From the NCBI GenBank assembly GCA_963665815.1, contig OY762463.1, forward strand, positions 2,848,001 through 2,912,000: a stretch of 64,000 nucleotides of DNA, given 5' to 3'. This document shows positions 10,747 through 26,893 of the stretch, piece by piece. The notes beneath the pieces were generated by a model. The model had not been told where the DNA came from. It made no database searches and saw nothing but the letters and a program-made list of their open reading frames with translations. The position numbers were made by a program, and so were the translations under genes. The DNA is from Candidatus Cloacimonadales bacterium. Its GTDB lineage: Bacteria > Cloacimonadota > Cloacimonadia > Cloacimonadales > JAIOQZ01. Position 1 is the stretch's first letter; each line of letters begins with the position of its first letter.

Positions 10747-11718
10747 ATGGTAGTAGTTACAGGTGGTGCCGGATTCATTGGCAGTGCAGTTATAGAAAAG
10801 TTAAATTCAGAGGGAATAAATGATATAATAGTTGTAGATCATCTCGGTGAAGATGAAAAGTGGAAAAATCTGGTTAACCTGTCTTATGAAGACTATATGG
10901 ACAGAGACGAGTTTCTCGAGCTTGTATTCGATGGTGATCTCGGAAAAGAAATCAACTGTGTTATTCATATGGGAGCATGCTCCTCTACTACAGAGAAAGA
11001 CTCCAATTACTTAATGTATAACAATTACAAATATACAAGACATCTCATAGAATGGTCTCTTGAAAACAATATCCACTTTATCTATGCCAGTAGCGCAGCA
11101 ACTTATGGAAATGGAGAATTTGGTTTCAGAGATGACTATCTGACAACCGAACAGCTTCAGCCTCAGAATATGTATGGCTACTCAAAGCACATGCTGGATA
11201 AGTGGGCAATAAAGAATAACCTCATAGACGGGATTGTTGGACTTAAGTTTTTCAACGTGTTTGGTCCTAACGAATACCACAAAGGTTATATGCGTTCAGT
11301 AGTACATAAGGCATACGAACAGATTCTGGAGACTGGTGAGATGAAGCTTTTTAAATCTGATCATCCTGATTATGAGGATGGATGTCAGATGAGAGATTTC
11401 GTGTACGTTAAAGATGTGGCGAATGTTATCTGGTGGCTGTTCATTAATCGCGATGTGACAGGGTTGTTCAATCTTGGAACAGGTAAAGCAAGAACATGGC
11501 TTGATCTCGTTAAGGCTGTCTTCGATTCAATGCAGAAAAATGCAAACATAACATTTATTGATATGCCTGATAAACTCAAGGGTAAATATCAGTATTATAC
11601 TCAGGCGGATATGACTAAATTGCTCTCTGCCGGATATGATCTGCCATTCTTCTCTCTTGAGGATGCTGTGTTTGATTATATCAGAAACTATCTGATGACG
11701 ACAAATAAATATCTGTAG
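10747..11718 (+). CDS. hldD: ADP-L-glycero-D-manno-heptose 6-epimerase
   Basis: VTGGAGFIGS, HMGACSSTTE, YASSAATYG, YGYSK, FNVFGPNEYHKG, KYQYYTQAD motifs. Confidence 0.95.
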   Translation: MVVVTGGAGFIGSAVIEKLNSEGINDIIVVDHLGEDEKWKNLVNLSYEDYMDRDEFLELVFDGDLGKEINCVIHMGACSSTTEKDSNYLMYNNYKYTRHLIEWSLENNIHFIYASSAATYGNGEFGFRDDYLTTEQLQPQNMYGYSKHMLDKWAIKNNLIDGIVGLKFFNVFGPNEYHKGYMRSVVHKAYEQILETGEMKLFKSDHPDYEDGCQMRDFVYVKDVANVIWWLFINRDVTGLFNLGTGKARTWLDLVKAVFDSMQKNANITFIDMPDKLKGKYQYYTQADMTKLLSAGYDLPFFSLEDAVFDYIRNYLMTTNKYL

Positions 11719-11722
11719 AACC

Positions 11723-12661
11723 ATGCTGACCTACGTTACTGAAGAAATGCCTGAGCTGTTCTGGCAGCTTGTCAGGGAAAAAGGCTGGACTGACCACTTC
11801 GTTACTGATGCGAAAGGGGTTGAGGACAAGGTCACTCATCTGATTGTCCGCACATATACTATAGTAGATGATGCTTTAATGTCACGCTTCAAAAACCTTG
11901 AGCATGTAATACGAGCCGGTACCGGGTACGATAACATCCATGTAATAACTGCTGCAGAAAGAGGGGTGGTTGTTAGTAATACACCTGCAGCAAACGGTAT
12001 TTCTGCGTATGAACAGACAATTGGATTTGTATACTCACTTATCAAGAATCACAGATTACACTATATTAGTATGAGAAGAGGAACATGGAGAAGTGATATT
12101 CCGTATAATATGGAGATGGCTGATCTGGAGGTTTTGGTGGTCGGTCTGGGATTCATTGGATCCCGTGTGGCAAAGACACTCAAGATGCTTGGTGCATCAG
12201 TAAAGGCAGTAGATCCATACTGTAGCAGTAAACAGTGGGAGGATGCCGGAGTTGAACAGGTTTCATATAAAGAGGGTGTGCAATGGACGAACATGATTAC
12301 CTATCATTGTCAGCTTACCAGTGAGACGGTCGGGTACTTCTCTGAAGAAACTCTGGAGTCTCTTGACCACAATATATGGCTAATTAATGTAGCTCGTGGT
12401 GGAATTGTAGATGAGAATGTATTACTTAATGGATTACTGAATGGGAAAATTATGGGTGCAGCGATAGATGTTTTCGAAAAAGAACCAGATGATGGAGGGA
12501 AGTTCAAAGATTTTTTGAATGTAATAATGACACCTCATACGGGGGCTTTTACAATTTCTGCAAGAGTGAGATTAAGTCATGAAACCCTCTCAGTATGGGC
12601 ATCTTCGGTATTTGATGGAAAAAAAAATCATAAAATTGATAAAAGTTTTTGCTTTTGTTAA
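11723..12661 (+). CDS. D-isomer-specific 2-hydroxyacid dehydrogenase (SerA-like)
   Basis: RAGTGYDNI, GLGFIG, INVARG, DVFEKEP, TPHTG motifs. Confidence 0.85.
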   Translation: MLTYVTEEMPELFWQLVREKGWTDHFVTDAKGVEDKVTHLIVRTYTIVDDALMSRFKNLEHVIRAGTGYDNIHVITAAERGVVVSNTPAANGISAYEQTIGFVYSLIKNHRLHYISMRRGTWRSDIPYNMEMADLEVLVVGLGFIGSRVAKTLKMLGASVKAVDPYCSSKQWEDAGVEQVSYKEGVQWTNMITYHCQLTSETVGYFSEETLESLDHNIWLINVARGGIVDENVLLNGLLNGKIMGAAIDVFEKEPDDGGKFKDFLNVIMTPHTGAFTISARVRLSHETLSVWASSVFDGKKNHKIDKSFCFC

Positions 12662-12739
12662 GGTCTGCCTTATAATATCTTAACCTGTTTTTTTAGAAGC
12701 CTGAATCTGAGAATAACAAATAAAGTCTGATTTTATTTC

Positions 12740-12768
12740 TTGACACAGAATACTCGTTATTGGAGTTT
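12740..12768 (+). promoter_or_regulatory. rRNA promoter P1 (sigma70-type)
   Basis: TTGACA-17 bp-GAGTTT upstream of 16S. Confidence 0.5.
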
Positions 12769-12903
12769 GCCTCTCGTTGCTTGTGCAACACATAGAGTGA
12801 AGAGCTTTTCGGAGCGAGTGAAAAATTGGAAAAGAAAACAGTTAACGTAGTAGAGATTTGGAAGTAGAGAATAGTGCTCCTTGAAAATAATTTAAAAAAG
12901 TTC

Positions 12904-12932
12904 TTGACAACGAGACATCGATTTTAGATGTT
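12904..12932 (+). promoter_or_regulatory. rRNA promoter P2 (sigma70-type)
   Basis: A-rich UP element followed by TTGACA-17 bp-GATGTT. Confidence 0.55.
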
Positions 12933-12959
12933 GGCAAAACCTTGCTTCGGTGGGGTAAG

Positions 12960-12971
12960 TGATCTTTGAAA
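12960..12971 (+). promoter_or_regulatory. boxA-like antitermination site
   Basis: TGATCTTTGAAA in the rRNA leader; a related TGATCATTAAAA is in the ITS near 14692. Confidence 0.6.
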
Positions 12972-13053
12972 GAGTAAATCGAAAAGATAAAGTGAATAGA
13001 AGTGGAATGAGAGAGAATCATGGAAACATGAAGGAAGAGTCATACAAATTTTC

Positions 13054-14611
<1,558 letters not shown>

Positions 14612-14792
14612 ACGAATATTTCTAAAATTCAAAATTATATAATTATCTTCCTATCTCTCATTCCATTTCTATTCATCGTAATAGGGATAAATTGATCATT
14701 AAAAAAGTTTTAAATAGAAGTGAGATAGAGTGAAAGAGCGAAAAAGAGATAGCGATAAACAAAGCTAAAGAATTTTCACATTATAAAAGAAG

Positions 14793-17699
<2,907 letters not shown>

Positions 17700-17744
17700 T
17701 TATTTTATTCACTCTATCTCATACATTTTAGTCAGGCTATTAAT

Positions 17745-17858
17745 GTGGTGGTTTTGGCGGTGAGGTCACACCTGTACCCATCCCGAACACAGAAGTTAAG
17801 CTCACCTGCGCCGATGGTACTGCTTGGGAAACTGAGTGGGAGAGTAGGTCGCCGCCAC
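17745..17858 (+). rRNA. rrf: 5S ribosomal RNA
   Basis: CACCTGTACCCATCCCGAACACAGAAGTTAAG...GCCGATGGTAC...GAGAGTAGGTCGCCGCCAC; flanking processing stem CAGGCTATTAA/TTAATAGCCTG. Confidence 0.98.
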
Positions 17859-17896
17859 TTTAATAGCCTGTCTTTTTTTTATCACTTATTTAACAC

Positions 17897-17920
17897 AAAC
17901 GACCACAAAATGGTCGTTTT
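17897..17920 (+). terminator. rRNA operon terminator
   Basis: AAACGACCA-N5-TGGTCGTTTT. Confidence 0.7.
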
Positions 17921-18161
17921 CGTCGTTTATGGGAGTTAAAAATTTAGTAGAATTGAGCCTTCCCCATATTTTGTAACAAGTCTTAATTATAGTAAATTTG
18001 AGTTATTAACACAATTTTTAACAAAATTCACATAGGCAGTATTAATAGTAAGGAAAGATCTTTTCTTAGCTGGAGTAGTTGACTCTATTTATAAATTATT
18101 CAAAATATTTTCACCAGAATGCTCAATTCTGTTGTTATGCAAAGCTCTTAAGGATTGACTA

Positions 18162-18974
18162 ATGATATGGTTAATATTAAGCATTGTTGCCTCTGTTATA
18201 ATTGGTAACCTTCTCAAGTTTTATTCAGGTAAGAAGATAGAAATTTATAATGTATTTCTTGGTAATTATCTTCTTGCATCTGTATTTAGTCTTGGAATAA
18301 ACAAATTTCAGATTCCGCAGTATAATCATTCAGATTTTGCATTATCCATTTTTACCGGCTTTCTGTTAATAATTTGTTTTATCATTTACAGAAAGAATAT
18401 ACATGTTAATGGTCTGTCGGTAAGTGTCGGTTTCATGAGATCTGCGTTAATTGTTCCTATTATCCTGTCTCTCTTGATATTCTCAGAAACGCTTACTATA
18501 CCGATAACAATTGGAATAGGCTTGATTCTTTTCTCATTTGCAGCATTGTCTAATAAGAAAGAAGTTCACAATATTATCTATTTATTTTTACTGTTTTTCT
18601 TCTCAGGTTTAACCGATTTCACATTCAAGATATTCAGTAGAACAGGAACAATAAACGAAAGCAGTTTTCTGTTTTATTCATTTTTTACTGCTTTTATCAT
18701 TAATATCATTTTTATAAGATACAGAAAGTTGAAGTTTTCTTTTAAAAGTTTGCTCTGGGGTATATTACTTGGTTTTCCAAATCAGTTAACAGCTATGTTC
18801 TTCATAAAATCCCTTGATACTGTGTCTACTGGAGTTGCATACCCAATGCTTGGAGGAAGTGTCGTTCTGCTCAGCGTTATAACCGACATAATTGTTTGGA
18901 GAACAAAAATAAAGAGAAAATCTCTATTGATTTATGCTTTTTTACTATCCGGTGTAATTCTTATTAATTTTTAG
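18162..18974 (+). CDS. DMT/EamA-family membrane transporter
   Basis: About 10 hydrophobic helices in two repeats; NY, GLS and GFPN motifs. Confidence 0.75.
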   Translation: MIWLILSIVASVIIGNLLKFYSGKKIEIYNVFLGNYLLASVFSLGINKFQIPQYNHSDFALSIFTGFLLIICFIIYRKNIHVNGLSVSVGFMRSALIVPIILSLLIFSETLTIPITIGIGLILFSFAALSNKKEVHNIIYLFLLFFFSGLTDFTFKIFSRTGTINESSFLFYSFFTAFIINIIFIRYRKLKFSFKSLLWGILLGFPNQLTAMFFIKSLDTVSTGVAYPMLGGSVVLLSVITDIIVWRTKIKRKSLLIYAFLLSGVILINF

Positions 18975-18981
18975 AAAAAAG

Positions 18982-19011
18982 AAAAGCCCATCATAAATGA
19001 AATGGGCTTTT
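18982..19011. terminator. Bidirectional terminator
   Basis: AAAAGCCCAT...ATGGGCTTTT between convergent genes. Confidence 0.75.
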
Positions 19012-19032
19012 ACCTTTGAGAGCTGAGTTAAC

Positions 19033-21879
19033 TTAGAAATTTTCATATTCATTTTCATCAGATGAGTCTTCCAGTAATGGTATTACTTCTTCCGGTTCAA
19101 CCTGATAAATCTTTGCATGTTGTATTTGTCTTCTGTTAGATCTTCTGTCTTTTTTACTATGACTATCCTTAAGAGTGAATTTTTCAATCATAGATCTTAG
19201 CTCAGCAGATTGACTGTTTAGTTCTTCCGAAGCACTTGCTGACTCTTCAGCATTAGCTGCAGATCTCTGAGTTACCTTGTTTAGCTCTGAAACTCCGGAA
19301 TTGATTTGGCTGATACCTGTAGATTGACTGTCACTTGCGATTGATATCTCTTCAACAATTGTATCAACTTTTTCAAAGCTGGATTTGATGTCGTTGAAAT
19401 TCTTTGTAACTTCATTAGCTATGTTTTCACCTTGTTGAGAGCTTTTCTTGGAATCCTCAATAAGAACAGCAGTATTTTTAGCTGCCTCAGCAGACCTTAG
19501 AGCAAGGTTCTTTACTTCTTCTGCAACGACTGCAAAGCCTTTACCTGCTTCTCCTGCATGTGCCGCTTCAACAGCCGCATTAAGAGCAAGCAGATTTGTC
19601 TGGAATGCTATTTCATCAATGGTTTTCAGAATTTTACCGGTTTCATCTGATGATGTAATAATCTGCTGCATGGACTCGTTCATCTTTATCATCTGTTCAC
19701 TGCCTATATCAACGGCTTTAAGAGCCTCTCTCGCAAGATTTTTTCCAACGGAAGCAGATTCTGCATTCTTATCTGTAAGAGAGTTCATTTCCTCAAGACT
19801 GGATGATATCTCTTCCAGTGAACTAGCTTGTTCTGAAGTACCTTCAGCCAGTGATTGAGAACCGGTACTGATTTCATTTGTTGCTGATCCTATCTGATCA
19901 ATTGCAACATTTACCTGACTCAGAATTTCGTTAATGGAATCAAGTGAGTTGTTAAGGTTTTCAGCTATTCTTCTGAAGTTGTCATGAACAGCCCTTGTGT
20001 CTTCATCATGGTCTTCTACTTCATAAGTGAATGAAAGATTACCTCTCGACATTTGATTTAGGATGATAGACAACTTTTCTACTTCCTTATTCTGATATTT
20101 GTCAACTTTTGCTGCAACTCTTTCAAGATTTTTCTGAGCGGTTTGATCAATAACAATTTCAATACCACCAACAATGTTTCCATTTCCATCCTTAACAGGA
20201 GCTCCTGTATACATGATATCAATGTCCATACCCTGAGGATGAGCATCTGTTTCTTCTGTAAAAACTGCATTCTTGTTCATGGCCTGACTAATTGCACACT
20301 TGGAGTTCTGGCAGTCAGATGTTTTGAAAGTATTATAGCATTTTGATCCTTTAAGCTGTTCCAGAGTTGTACCAAGTATATCAAGTCCGGTGTTATTCAT
20401 GAAGTTTATATTATACTGTTTATCTACAAGCATAATTGTTGCCGGAATCGAGTTAATATGCCCTACAAATGTTTCGGTCATAGAGTTAATTTTCTTTGTA
20501 AGTTCTTTCCAAGCTCCGCTCATACTATCAGTTGGAGATTGAGTGTATAGCTTACCAAGCTGTATTTCATGAGTCAATTCATTCATGTTGCTGATAAGAC
20601 TGTTCATAACATCAATACAGCTGTTCAGATTGTTTTTAACTTCATTGAAATCCCCTTTGTATGCATCGGTAATTTTTGGAGGGATATTTCCCTTTGAAAT
20701 TCTATCAATATATTCAGCCATAACGTTAATAGGTGATACGAGCTCATCTGTAAGTTTGTTGATAGAACCAACAAGAGTTGCCCAGTCACCATGATATTGT
20801 GTTGCATCACCTCTGTTATCAAGACGCCCATTTGTAATACCTTGAATCATATTGTCAGTATCTACAAGTAACTTCTTCATCATCACTATCATGCCATTAA
20901 GATTATCTTTGACTCTGTTGAAGTCTCCTTCATAACGGTCTGTAATTTCTGGAGGAATAATACCTCTAGATATACTGTCAATGTATTCTGCCATGACATT
21001 TATTGGAGACACAAAAGCATCAACAAGATTGTTAATATTATTAATCAAACCAGCCCATTCACCCTTATATTGACTTGAGTCTGCTCTTGTGTCAAGTTTA
21101 CCCTGAATTGTGGCTTTGATTAATTTATCACTTTCATCCATCAATCCTCTCATCACATCAATGAGATTGTTCAGATTATTCTTAACTTCGTTGAAACTTC
21201 CCTTGTAAGTGTCTCTGATCTTGGGCGGTATCTCTCCATTTGAGAACCTGTCAACATATTCAGCCATAACATTAATAGGAGCAATAAAGGCATCAATAAG
21301 CGTATTTACTTGCTTAATTAGTCCTGCCCAGACTCCACTGAATTTTGTAACATCACCTCTTGCATCAAGCATCCCTTCTACGGTAGATTTAATAAGAAAC
21401 GATGTTTCATCTGTCATACTGTTCATTACGTCAATACAGGTGTTAAGATTGTTTTTTACTTCCAGAAAATCTCCATTATAGTTGTCTGTAATTTTTGGAG
21501 GAATGTTTCCTTTGGAAATCCTGTCAATGTATTCAGCCATAACATTTATCGGTGACACAAAAGCATTAATCAGCTCGTTTGTATTGATCACAATTTCGTG
21601 AAAGTCTACAGAGACGTCGTTAGTATCTCCTCTTGTATCAAGCTTACCATTTACAATTGAATCTGTAATTTCTCTTATTTTGCTTGTAACATTTATAATT
21701 GACTTATTAATTGAATTTGTGAAGAAATAAGCTACAACAACGTCTACCGCTCCAATAATCAGAGTTAGAATAATAGTCATTTGTCTGCTCTGATGATGCA
21801 TGGCTATTTCAGCCAGAATAATCATCGGTATGATACCAATGCATAAAATACCAATAAGTAATTTAGTTTTAATTTTCAT
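19033..21879 (-). CDS. Methyl-accepting chemotaxis protein with poly-HAMP array and PAS domain
   Basis: [33 protein letters not shown] signalling hairpin; two N-terminal TM helices; four repeats of [18 protein letters not shown] region ([17 protein letters not shown]). ATG at 21879 has SD GGAG. Confidence 0.93.
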   Translation of the reverse strand: MKIKTKLLIGILCIGIIPMIILAEIAMHHQSRQMTIILTLIIGAVDVVVAYFFTNSINKSIINVTSKIREITDSIVNGKLDTRGDTNDVSVDFHEIVINTNELINAFVSPINVMAEYIDRISKGNIPPKITDNYNGDFLEVKNNLNTCIDVMNSMTDETSFLIKSTVEGMLDARGDVTKFSGVWAGLIKQVNTLIDAFIAPINVMAEYVDRFSNGEIPPKIRDTYKGSFNEVKNNLNNLIDVMRGLMDESDKLIKATIQGKLDTRADSSQYKGEWAGLINNINNLVDAFVSPINVMAEYIDSISRGIIPPEITDRYEGDFNRVKDNLNGMIVMMKKLLVDTDNMIQGITNGRLDNRGDATQYHGDWATLVGSINKLTDELVSPINVMAEYIDRISKGNIPPKITDAYKGDFNEVKNNLNSCIDVMNSLISNMNELTHEIQLGKLYTQSPTDSMSGAWKELTKKINSMTETFVGHINSIPATIMLVDKQYNINFMNNTGLDILGTTLEQLKGSKCYNTFKTSDCQNSKCAISQAMNKNAVFTEETDAHPQGMDIDIMYTGAPVKDGNGNIVGGIEIVIDQTAQKNLERVAAKVDKYQNKEVEKLSIILNQMSRGNLSFTYEVEDHDEDTRAVHDNFRRIAENLNNSLDSINEILSQVNVAIDQIGSATNEISTGSQSLAEGTSEQASSLEEISSSLEEMNSLTDKNAESASVGKNLAREALKAVDIGSEQMIKMNESMQQIITSSDETGKILKTIDEIAFQTNLLALNAAVEAAHAGEAGKGFAVVAEEVKNLALRSAEAAKNTAVLIEDSKKSSQQGENIANEVTKNFNDIKSSFEKVDTIVEEISIASDSQSTGISQINSGVSELNKVTQRSAANAEESASASEELNSQSAELRSMIEKFTLKDSHSKKDRRSNRRQIQHAKIYQVEPEEVIPLLEDSSDENEYENF

Positions 21880-22393
21880 TCTCTCTCCCGCAACGTTTAA
21901 AATTTCCGACATATACTTCCAGAGTCGGATTATATGGTGAAGAAATGTGCACAACCAGAAATAAGATATATTGAAAACATCTTAAAGCAAGAAAATTATT
22001 AAGTATTGCAATATATACTTTTATTGCTATTAATACTATTTTAAAAGAAAAAATATTGCCGAATGTAGAATGCGATGGTTATGAAATATAGAAACACATA
22101 AATGGTATTAATACAATATGTAAAATTTTATCTGTCAATTACGGCAGTTGCATTGATATGTTCAATACAAACGAACTTAATATCTTATAAAATTATGAGC
22201 TTGGGGATCAGAATGATTTATGCATGTAGGCATGCTGATAGTGCTCATTCATCCTAAAAGTAGGTTTAGTACAAACGATTGCATAAGCTGAAGACAATTA
22301 GGCTAATAAATACGGTTGCTTATTGTTAATAAGGAAACAATGTGTTCGGCAATGTTGAATCATATATAAGATTCTTCATAAGTGTGTAGAAAC

Positions 22394-22828
22394 TTACTTC
22401 AGCATATATGCCTGTAAAAATTCTTTATTACCAAAAACTAAATCATAATGTGGGATTTCTTCCGGACTTATCCATTTATATTCGGAAGATTCCTCATTAA
22501 GTAATATTTTTCCTGTGAAATCTATTTCGAAGTAAAGATTCAGATAGTGTTTTTTTGCGTTTTCAACAGGAAGAGTATCTTGATAGTTAATAAACCTATA
22601 TGAAACAGCATTGAGATTTGTTTCTTCCTTCAATTCTCTCAGGCATGCTTCCTCAAGGGAATTTCCAAAATCAACTTTACCTCCCGGAAGGTTCCAGCAT
22701 CCGGTTCTATGTGATGTGTTTGTTCTTTTGAGAATCAAAATCATATCGTCTTTTTTCAATATCATTCTTACAACAGGTATTGGATGTGATGACATCAGGA
22801 TCTCCTTAATTAAGTTATTGCCATTCAA
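22394..22828 (-). CDS. NUDIX hydrolase
   Basis: Nudix box GGKVDFGNSLEEACLRELKEETNL. Confidence 0.9.
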   Translation of the reverse strand: MNGNNLIKEILMSSHPIPVVRMILKKDDMILILKRTNTSHRTGCWNLPGGKVDFGNSLEEACLRELKEETNLNAVSYRFINYQDTLPVENAKKHYLNLYFEIDFTGKILLNEESSEYKWISPEEIPHYDLVFGNKEFLQAYMLK

Positions 22829-23042
22829 TGAAAATATGTAATAATGTAAATGTATATTTTAGAAATATGCAGAGTATCAATAAATCCCGTAAATTGCATT
22901 ATAAATCTATTTTCATGGCAAAGTTGATTTGCAGTGATAAAGGTTTTTCTGCTTGTCTCTCGGCAATATTTTAAATAAATTCCATTTTTTTCTTTACAAG
23001 ATTTTGCTAAATGTAAGTATATTATGTATTAATGGAGGAAAA

Positions 23043-26000
23043 ATGAAGAAACTTATAATAGTAGCATTAATGTTGATAGTTTTGTTTTTGCATGCGGAAA
23101 CTATCAAGATTAATGATAATGAATTAGATATTACTGTATTGAATGAGAATGATAATGAAATCATTGTTCAATGCAGGTTTGGGGATTTTGATCTCTCAGA
23201 TCTTGAGTTTAAGGGAGAATCGTATAAAAGAATTAATTGGGGCAGGAATCCGTATATTCAGACAAAGGGTGCTCCTGATCTTCCCAAAGCAGTAAGATCA
23301 CTTATTATTGATGGAAAATCTTCATACAGGGTAGAGCTTGTCGAATCTGAATCTTCTGAATATGATTTAAATTTAATTTCATCCAGAGGAGTTGTTGGAA
23401 GGGATCTTGAATTATCTCAAGTTCCATATACTTTTTCAGACGTATATAAAAAGAACGAATTTTTTCCCGGAAAACTTTTTGATTTGGGAAAACCATATAT
23501 TTTCAGGGATTTCAGAGGTAGTACAATTACTTTTTATCCTTTCCAGTACAACCCTGTAACAAAATCACTTAAAGTGTACAATAATCTGATTGTTAAGATT
23601 ATAAAAACAGGGGCGGGGAGTATCAATGTTTTAAATAGTCCTGCACAAGGTATTTCTCCTGCATTCAGTGAAATATATCAGAATCACTTCATTAACTACA
23701 ACGAGACATTATATCCTCAGCTTGATGAAGTCGGAAGAATGCTTGTGGTCTGTCCTTCTACCTACATGGATGAGATTCAGCCATTTGTTGATTGGAAAAA
23801 TAGAAAAGGTATTGAAACAGATGTTGTTTCAATTGAAACTGTCGGCAATACTCCTGATCAGATTTTTCAGTATATTCAGAACGAGTATGTTTCAACACAG
23901 TTAGATAATCCTTTAACTTTTGTTCAACTGGTAGGTGATTCAGATGTAATGGCAACATTTACTCACCAGTATTTTAATGGTACTTCACATAGAGTCGGTT
24001 CAGCGGACCCTCTATATTCTCTTCTTTCAGGTACAGACAGTTATCCTGAGATATTTGTAGGTCGTTTTTCCTGTAACACTGAGGCTGAGCTTACTCTTCA
24101 AGTTCAAAAAACTATTGAATATGAAAGAGATCTTAATTCCGGAGACTGGCTTCATAAAGCGACCGGTATAGCCTCAAATCTCGGTACGAATCAGGGTGAT
24201 GATTTAGAAGCTGATAACGTACACATGGCGAATATTCGTACAGATCTTCTCAATTACAATTACACAGAAGTTGATACTCTTTATTCACCGTATGCAACAA
24301 CTGATATGGGTATGAATGCAATTAATTCAGGTCGTGGATTTATAAACTATGTTGGACATGGTTCAACTACTTCCTGGGTAAACGGTTCAAGACTTTTAAA
24401 TCAGGATATTGAATCTTTGACGAATGATAATATGCTTCCATTTGTGTTTTCCGTAGCCTGCCTTAATGGAAACTTTGCCGGTAATGACTGCTTTGCTGAA
24501 ACCTGGCTTAATGCTTCAAACGATCAGACAGGAGAACCAACCGGAGCTGTTGCATTTTACGGAGCTTCTGTAGCTCAGGCGTGGGCTCCGCCAATGTGTG
24601 CTCAAGATGAAACTACTGATTTACTGATTGCAGAAGAAGTATCTACTATTGGCGGTTTGTTCTATTCGGGATCGTGTCAGATGATTGATGAATATACATC
24701 TTATGATATTGGTGAAAACCTTTTCAAAACTTGGTTGATATTTGGAGATGCATCTTTACAGATTAGAACAGATACACCTGCTACAATGAATGTAAGCCAT
24801 GTTCAGACAATATATACTATTACTGAAAGTTTGATTGTTCAGACTAATACTACTGAAGCTCTTGTAGCTCTCAGTTATGACGGAGCTTTAATATCAGCAG
24901 GATATACTGATAATTCAGGGTCAGTAAATCTTGCCTGGAATGCAAACAATTTACCAGTAGCCCCTGCTGAACTAAAACTAACAGTAACAGCTTTTAACAA
25001 AATAACTTATAACGGAATTGTCCAGTTAACTCCACCCAATGGTCCATGCCTTACACTAAACAGTTATTCTACAGATAGTGCACCGGAATTTGATTCCATA
25101 TCCTTGATTTCCTTAGATGTGGAGAATTTCGGTAATGAATCTGGAAACAATATGAACTTTGTTCTCAGGACAACTGATGAGCATGTTGTTATAACTGACA
25201 GTACTGCGAATATAGCTCAGCTTGAATCCGGAAGTACTATGCAGATGAACGATGTATTCGAGATTCAGCTTTCAGATAATATACCTGATCAATACAATAT
25301 CCCATTTATTCTGAATGTTACAAGTGATGAATCAAGCTGGATGTTCCGCATGGAACTTGTTGCTAATGCACCAAGATTTTCAGTATCATCATTCAATATT
25401 ATTGATGACCCGGATGATGGCAATGATACTATTGAACCAGGAGAAAATCTGGCTCTTGAAATTGGTGTATCAAATTCCGGACATGCAGCTTCACAGGCTG
25501 GTTTCCTTAATCTTTTCTCACCTTCAGAAGCATTGATCTTTCTCGACAGAACATCTGATCTCACTGCATTACAGACAGGAGAAGAGCAAATCTTCCATTT
25601 CAATGTAAGAATTGCAGATTCAACATCGGCAGGAACTGTTCTTCCTGTTGGTATCACTGCTGAATCAGGAGCATATATGTCACACGAAAGCAGATTTGTT
25701 GACGTTGGAGCAATATTTGACGGCTTTGAAGACAGTCTTAATACTTTTAACTGGGTCATGGGTGGTAATTCTGACTGGCAGGTTGTATCTGAATATGTCT
25801 ATGAAGGCTTAAACTGTCTTGAATCGGGAAATACAGATACAGGTGAAACATCTGAGGTAATGTTCAGTGCAAATATTCCTGTGGATGGTATGTTCTCATT
25901 TTACAGGAAAGTATCCAGTATTCAAAACTTCAGTTATCTGGAGTTCTATATCGACAGCTCGATTGAAGGACAGTGGTCGGGGGAAACTGACTGGGAATAT

Positions 26001-26762
26001 GCTGAATTTTCAGTGGATGCCGGATATCATGAATTTAAATGGGTATACAGACACAGCCCATACATAATACAGGATCCTACTCAGAATAAGAGCTGGATTG
26101 ATAACATTAACATTCCAACAAACGGTAACTCTGTTACCGCATTGATGGCTGTTGAATCTAACGAGATCCAGTTTACAAGAGAAACCAATGTAGAACCGTT
26201 AAGAAGAGAATTATCAATCGTAAATTACGGTAATGTAGTACTTTCCGGTACAATGATTATTAACTCAGATGATTTTTATATCGAACAAAACGGAACAATT
26301 TACAGGAATCTGGATTTCAGTGTTCAACCTGAAACAGAATCTGTCTTCACTATTGTATACGATACTCAGGACAGTGGTACACATACAGGTACATTGACAA
26401 TAAATTCCAATGATCCATATTCTCCATTACTTGTAAATCTTACCGGTTCAACTAGTGTTGCCAATGGAGATGATGATTTGAACTTTGAGACAGGAATAAG
26501 CAGTATTTACCCTAATCCGTTCAATCCTGAAACAAATATCAGGTTTGCCTTGAAACAGGATTCTGATGTTGAGATTTCTGTCTATAATATAAAAGGACAG
26601 AAGGTCAAGACACTCAGAAGGGAACACTTTGTAAAAGGAGAACATGTTGTAACCTGGAAAGGTAAAGATAATAGCAATAGCGATGTTGGATCCGGAGTTT
26701 ATTTCATCAGGCTTAAAACCGGATCAACAGAACAGATTAGAAAAGCTATACTTCTCAAGTAG
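23043..26762 (+). CDS. Gingipain-like C25 cysteine peptidase with propeptide, Ig-like domains and FlgD-Ig C-terminal domain
   Basis: YVGHGS (His) and SVACLNG (Cys) catalytic motifs, VQLVGD, PEIFVGRFS, IFGDAS; tail YPNPFNPET...GSGVYF...KAILLK. ATG at 23043 follows GGAGG. Confidence 0.9.
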   Translation: MKKLIIVALMLIVLFLHAETIKINDNELDITVLNENDNEIIVQCRFGDFDLSDLEFKGESYKRINWGRNPYIQTKGAPDLPKAVRSLIIDGKSSYRVELVESESSEYDLNLISSRGVVGRDLELSQVPYTFSDVYKKNEFFPGKLFDLGKPYIFRDFRGSTITFYPFQYNPVTKSLKVYNNLIVKIIKTGAGSINVLNSPAQGISPAFSEIYQNHFINYNETLYPQLDEVGRMLVVCPSTYMDEIQPFVDWKNRKGIETDVVSIETVGNTPDQIFQYIQNEYVSTQLDNPLTFVQLVGDSDVMATFTHQYFNGTSHRVGSADPLYSLLSGTDSYPEIFVGRFSCNTEAELTLQVQKTIEYERDLNSGDWLHKATGIASNLGTNQGDDLEADNVHMANIRTDLLNYNYTEVDTLYSPYATTDMGMNAINSGRGFINYVGHGSTTSWVNGSRLLNQDIESLTNDNMLPFVFSVACLNGNFAGNDCFAETWLNASNDQTGEPTGAVAFYGASVAQAWAPPMCAQDETTDLLIAEEVSTIGGLFYSGSCQMIDEYTSYDIGENLFKTWLIFGDASLQIRTDTPATMNVSHVQTIYTITESLIVQTNTTEALVALSYDGALISAGYTDNSGSVNLAWNANNLPVAPAELKLTVTAFNKITYNGIVQLTPPNGPCLTLNSYSTDSAPEFDSISLISLDVENFGNESGNNMNFVLRTTDEHVVITDSTANIAQLESGSTMQMNDVFEIQLSDNIPDQYNIPFILNVTSDESSWMFRMELVANAPRFSVSSFNIIDDPDDGNDTIEPGENLALEIGVSNSGHAASQAGFLNLFSPSEALIFLDRTSDLTALQTGEEQIFHFNVRIADSTSAGTVLPVGITAESGAYMSHESRFVDVGAIFDGFEDSLNTFNWVMGGNSDWQVVSEYVYEGLNCLESGNTDTGETSEVMFSANIPVDGMFSFYRKVSSIQNFSYLEFYIDSSIEGQWSGETDWEYAEFSVDAGYHEFKWVYRHSPYIIQDPTQNKSWIDNINIPTNGNSVTALMAVESNEIQFTRETNVEPLRRELSIVNYGNVVLSGTMIINSDDFYIEQNGTIYRNLDFSVQPETESVFTIVYDTQDSGTHTGTLTINSNDPYSPLLVNLTGSTSVANGDDDLNFETGISSIYPNPFNPETNIRFALKQDSDVEISVYNIKGQKVKTLRREHFVKGEHVVTWKGKDNSNSDVGSGVYFIRLKTGSTEQIRKAILLK

Positions 26763-26893
26763 AGAAATATATTTACAATACCGAGTATATTGCAGATTTC
26801 ACATTGTTGTGATAGAAAAGTAATTGTTGTAAAAGTTTTTTATTGACAAAAGCATGTAAGTTATTCTCAATATGAAAAATATCGGAGGTAACT

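Noticed and set aside
22953-23042. Upstream ORF extensions (also 3708, 21954, 35154, 38526, 50952, 60881, 60992)
   Set aside because: Downstream ATGs have better SD sites or signal peptides.
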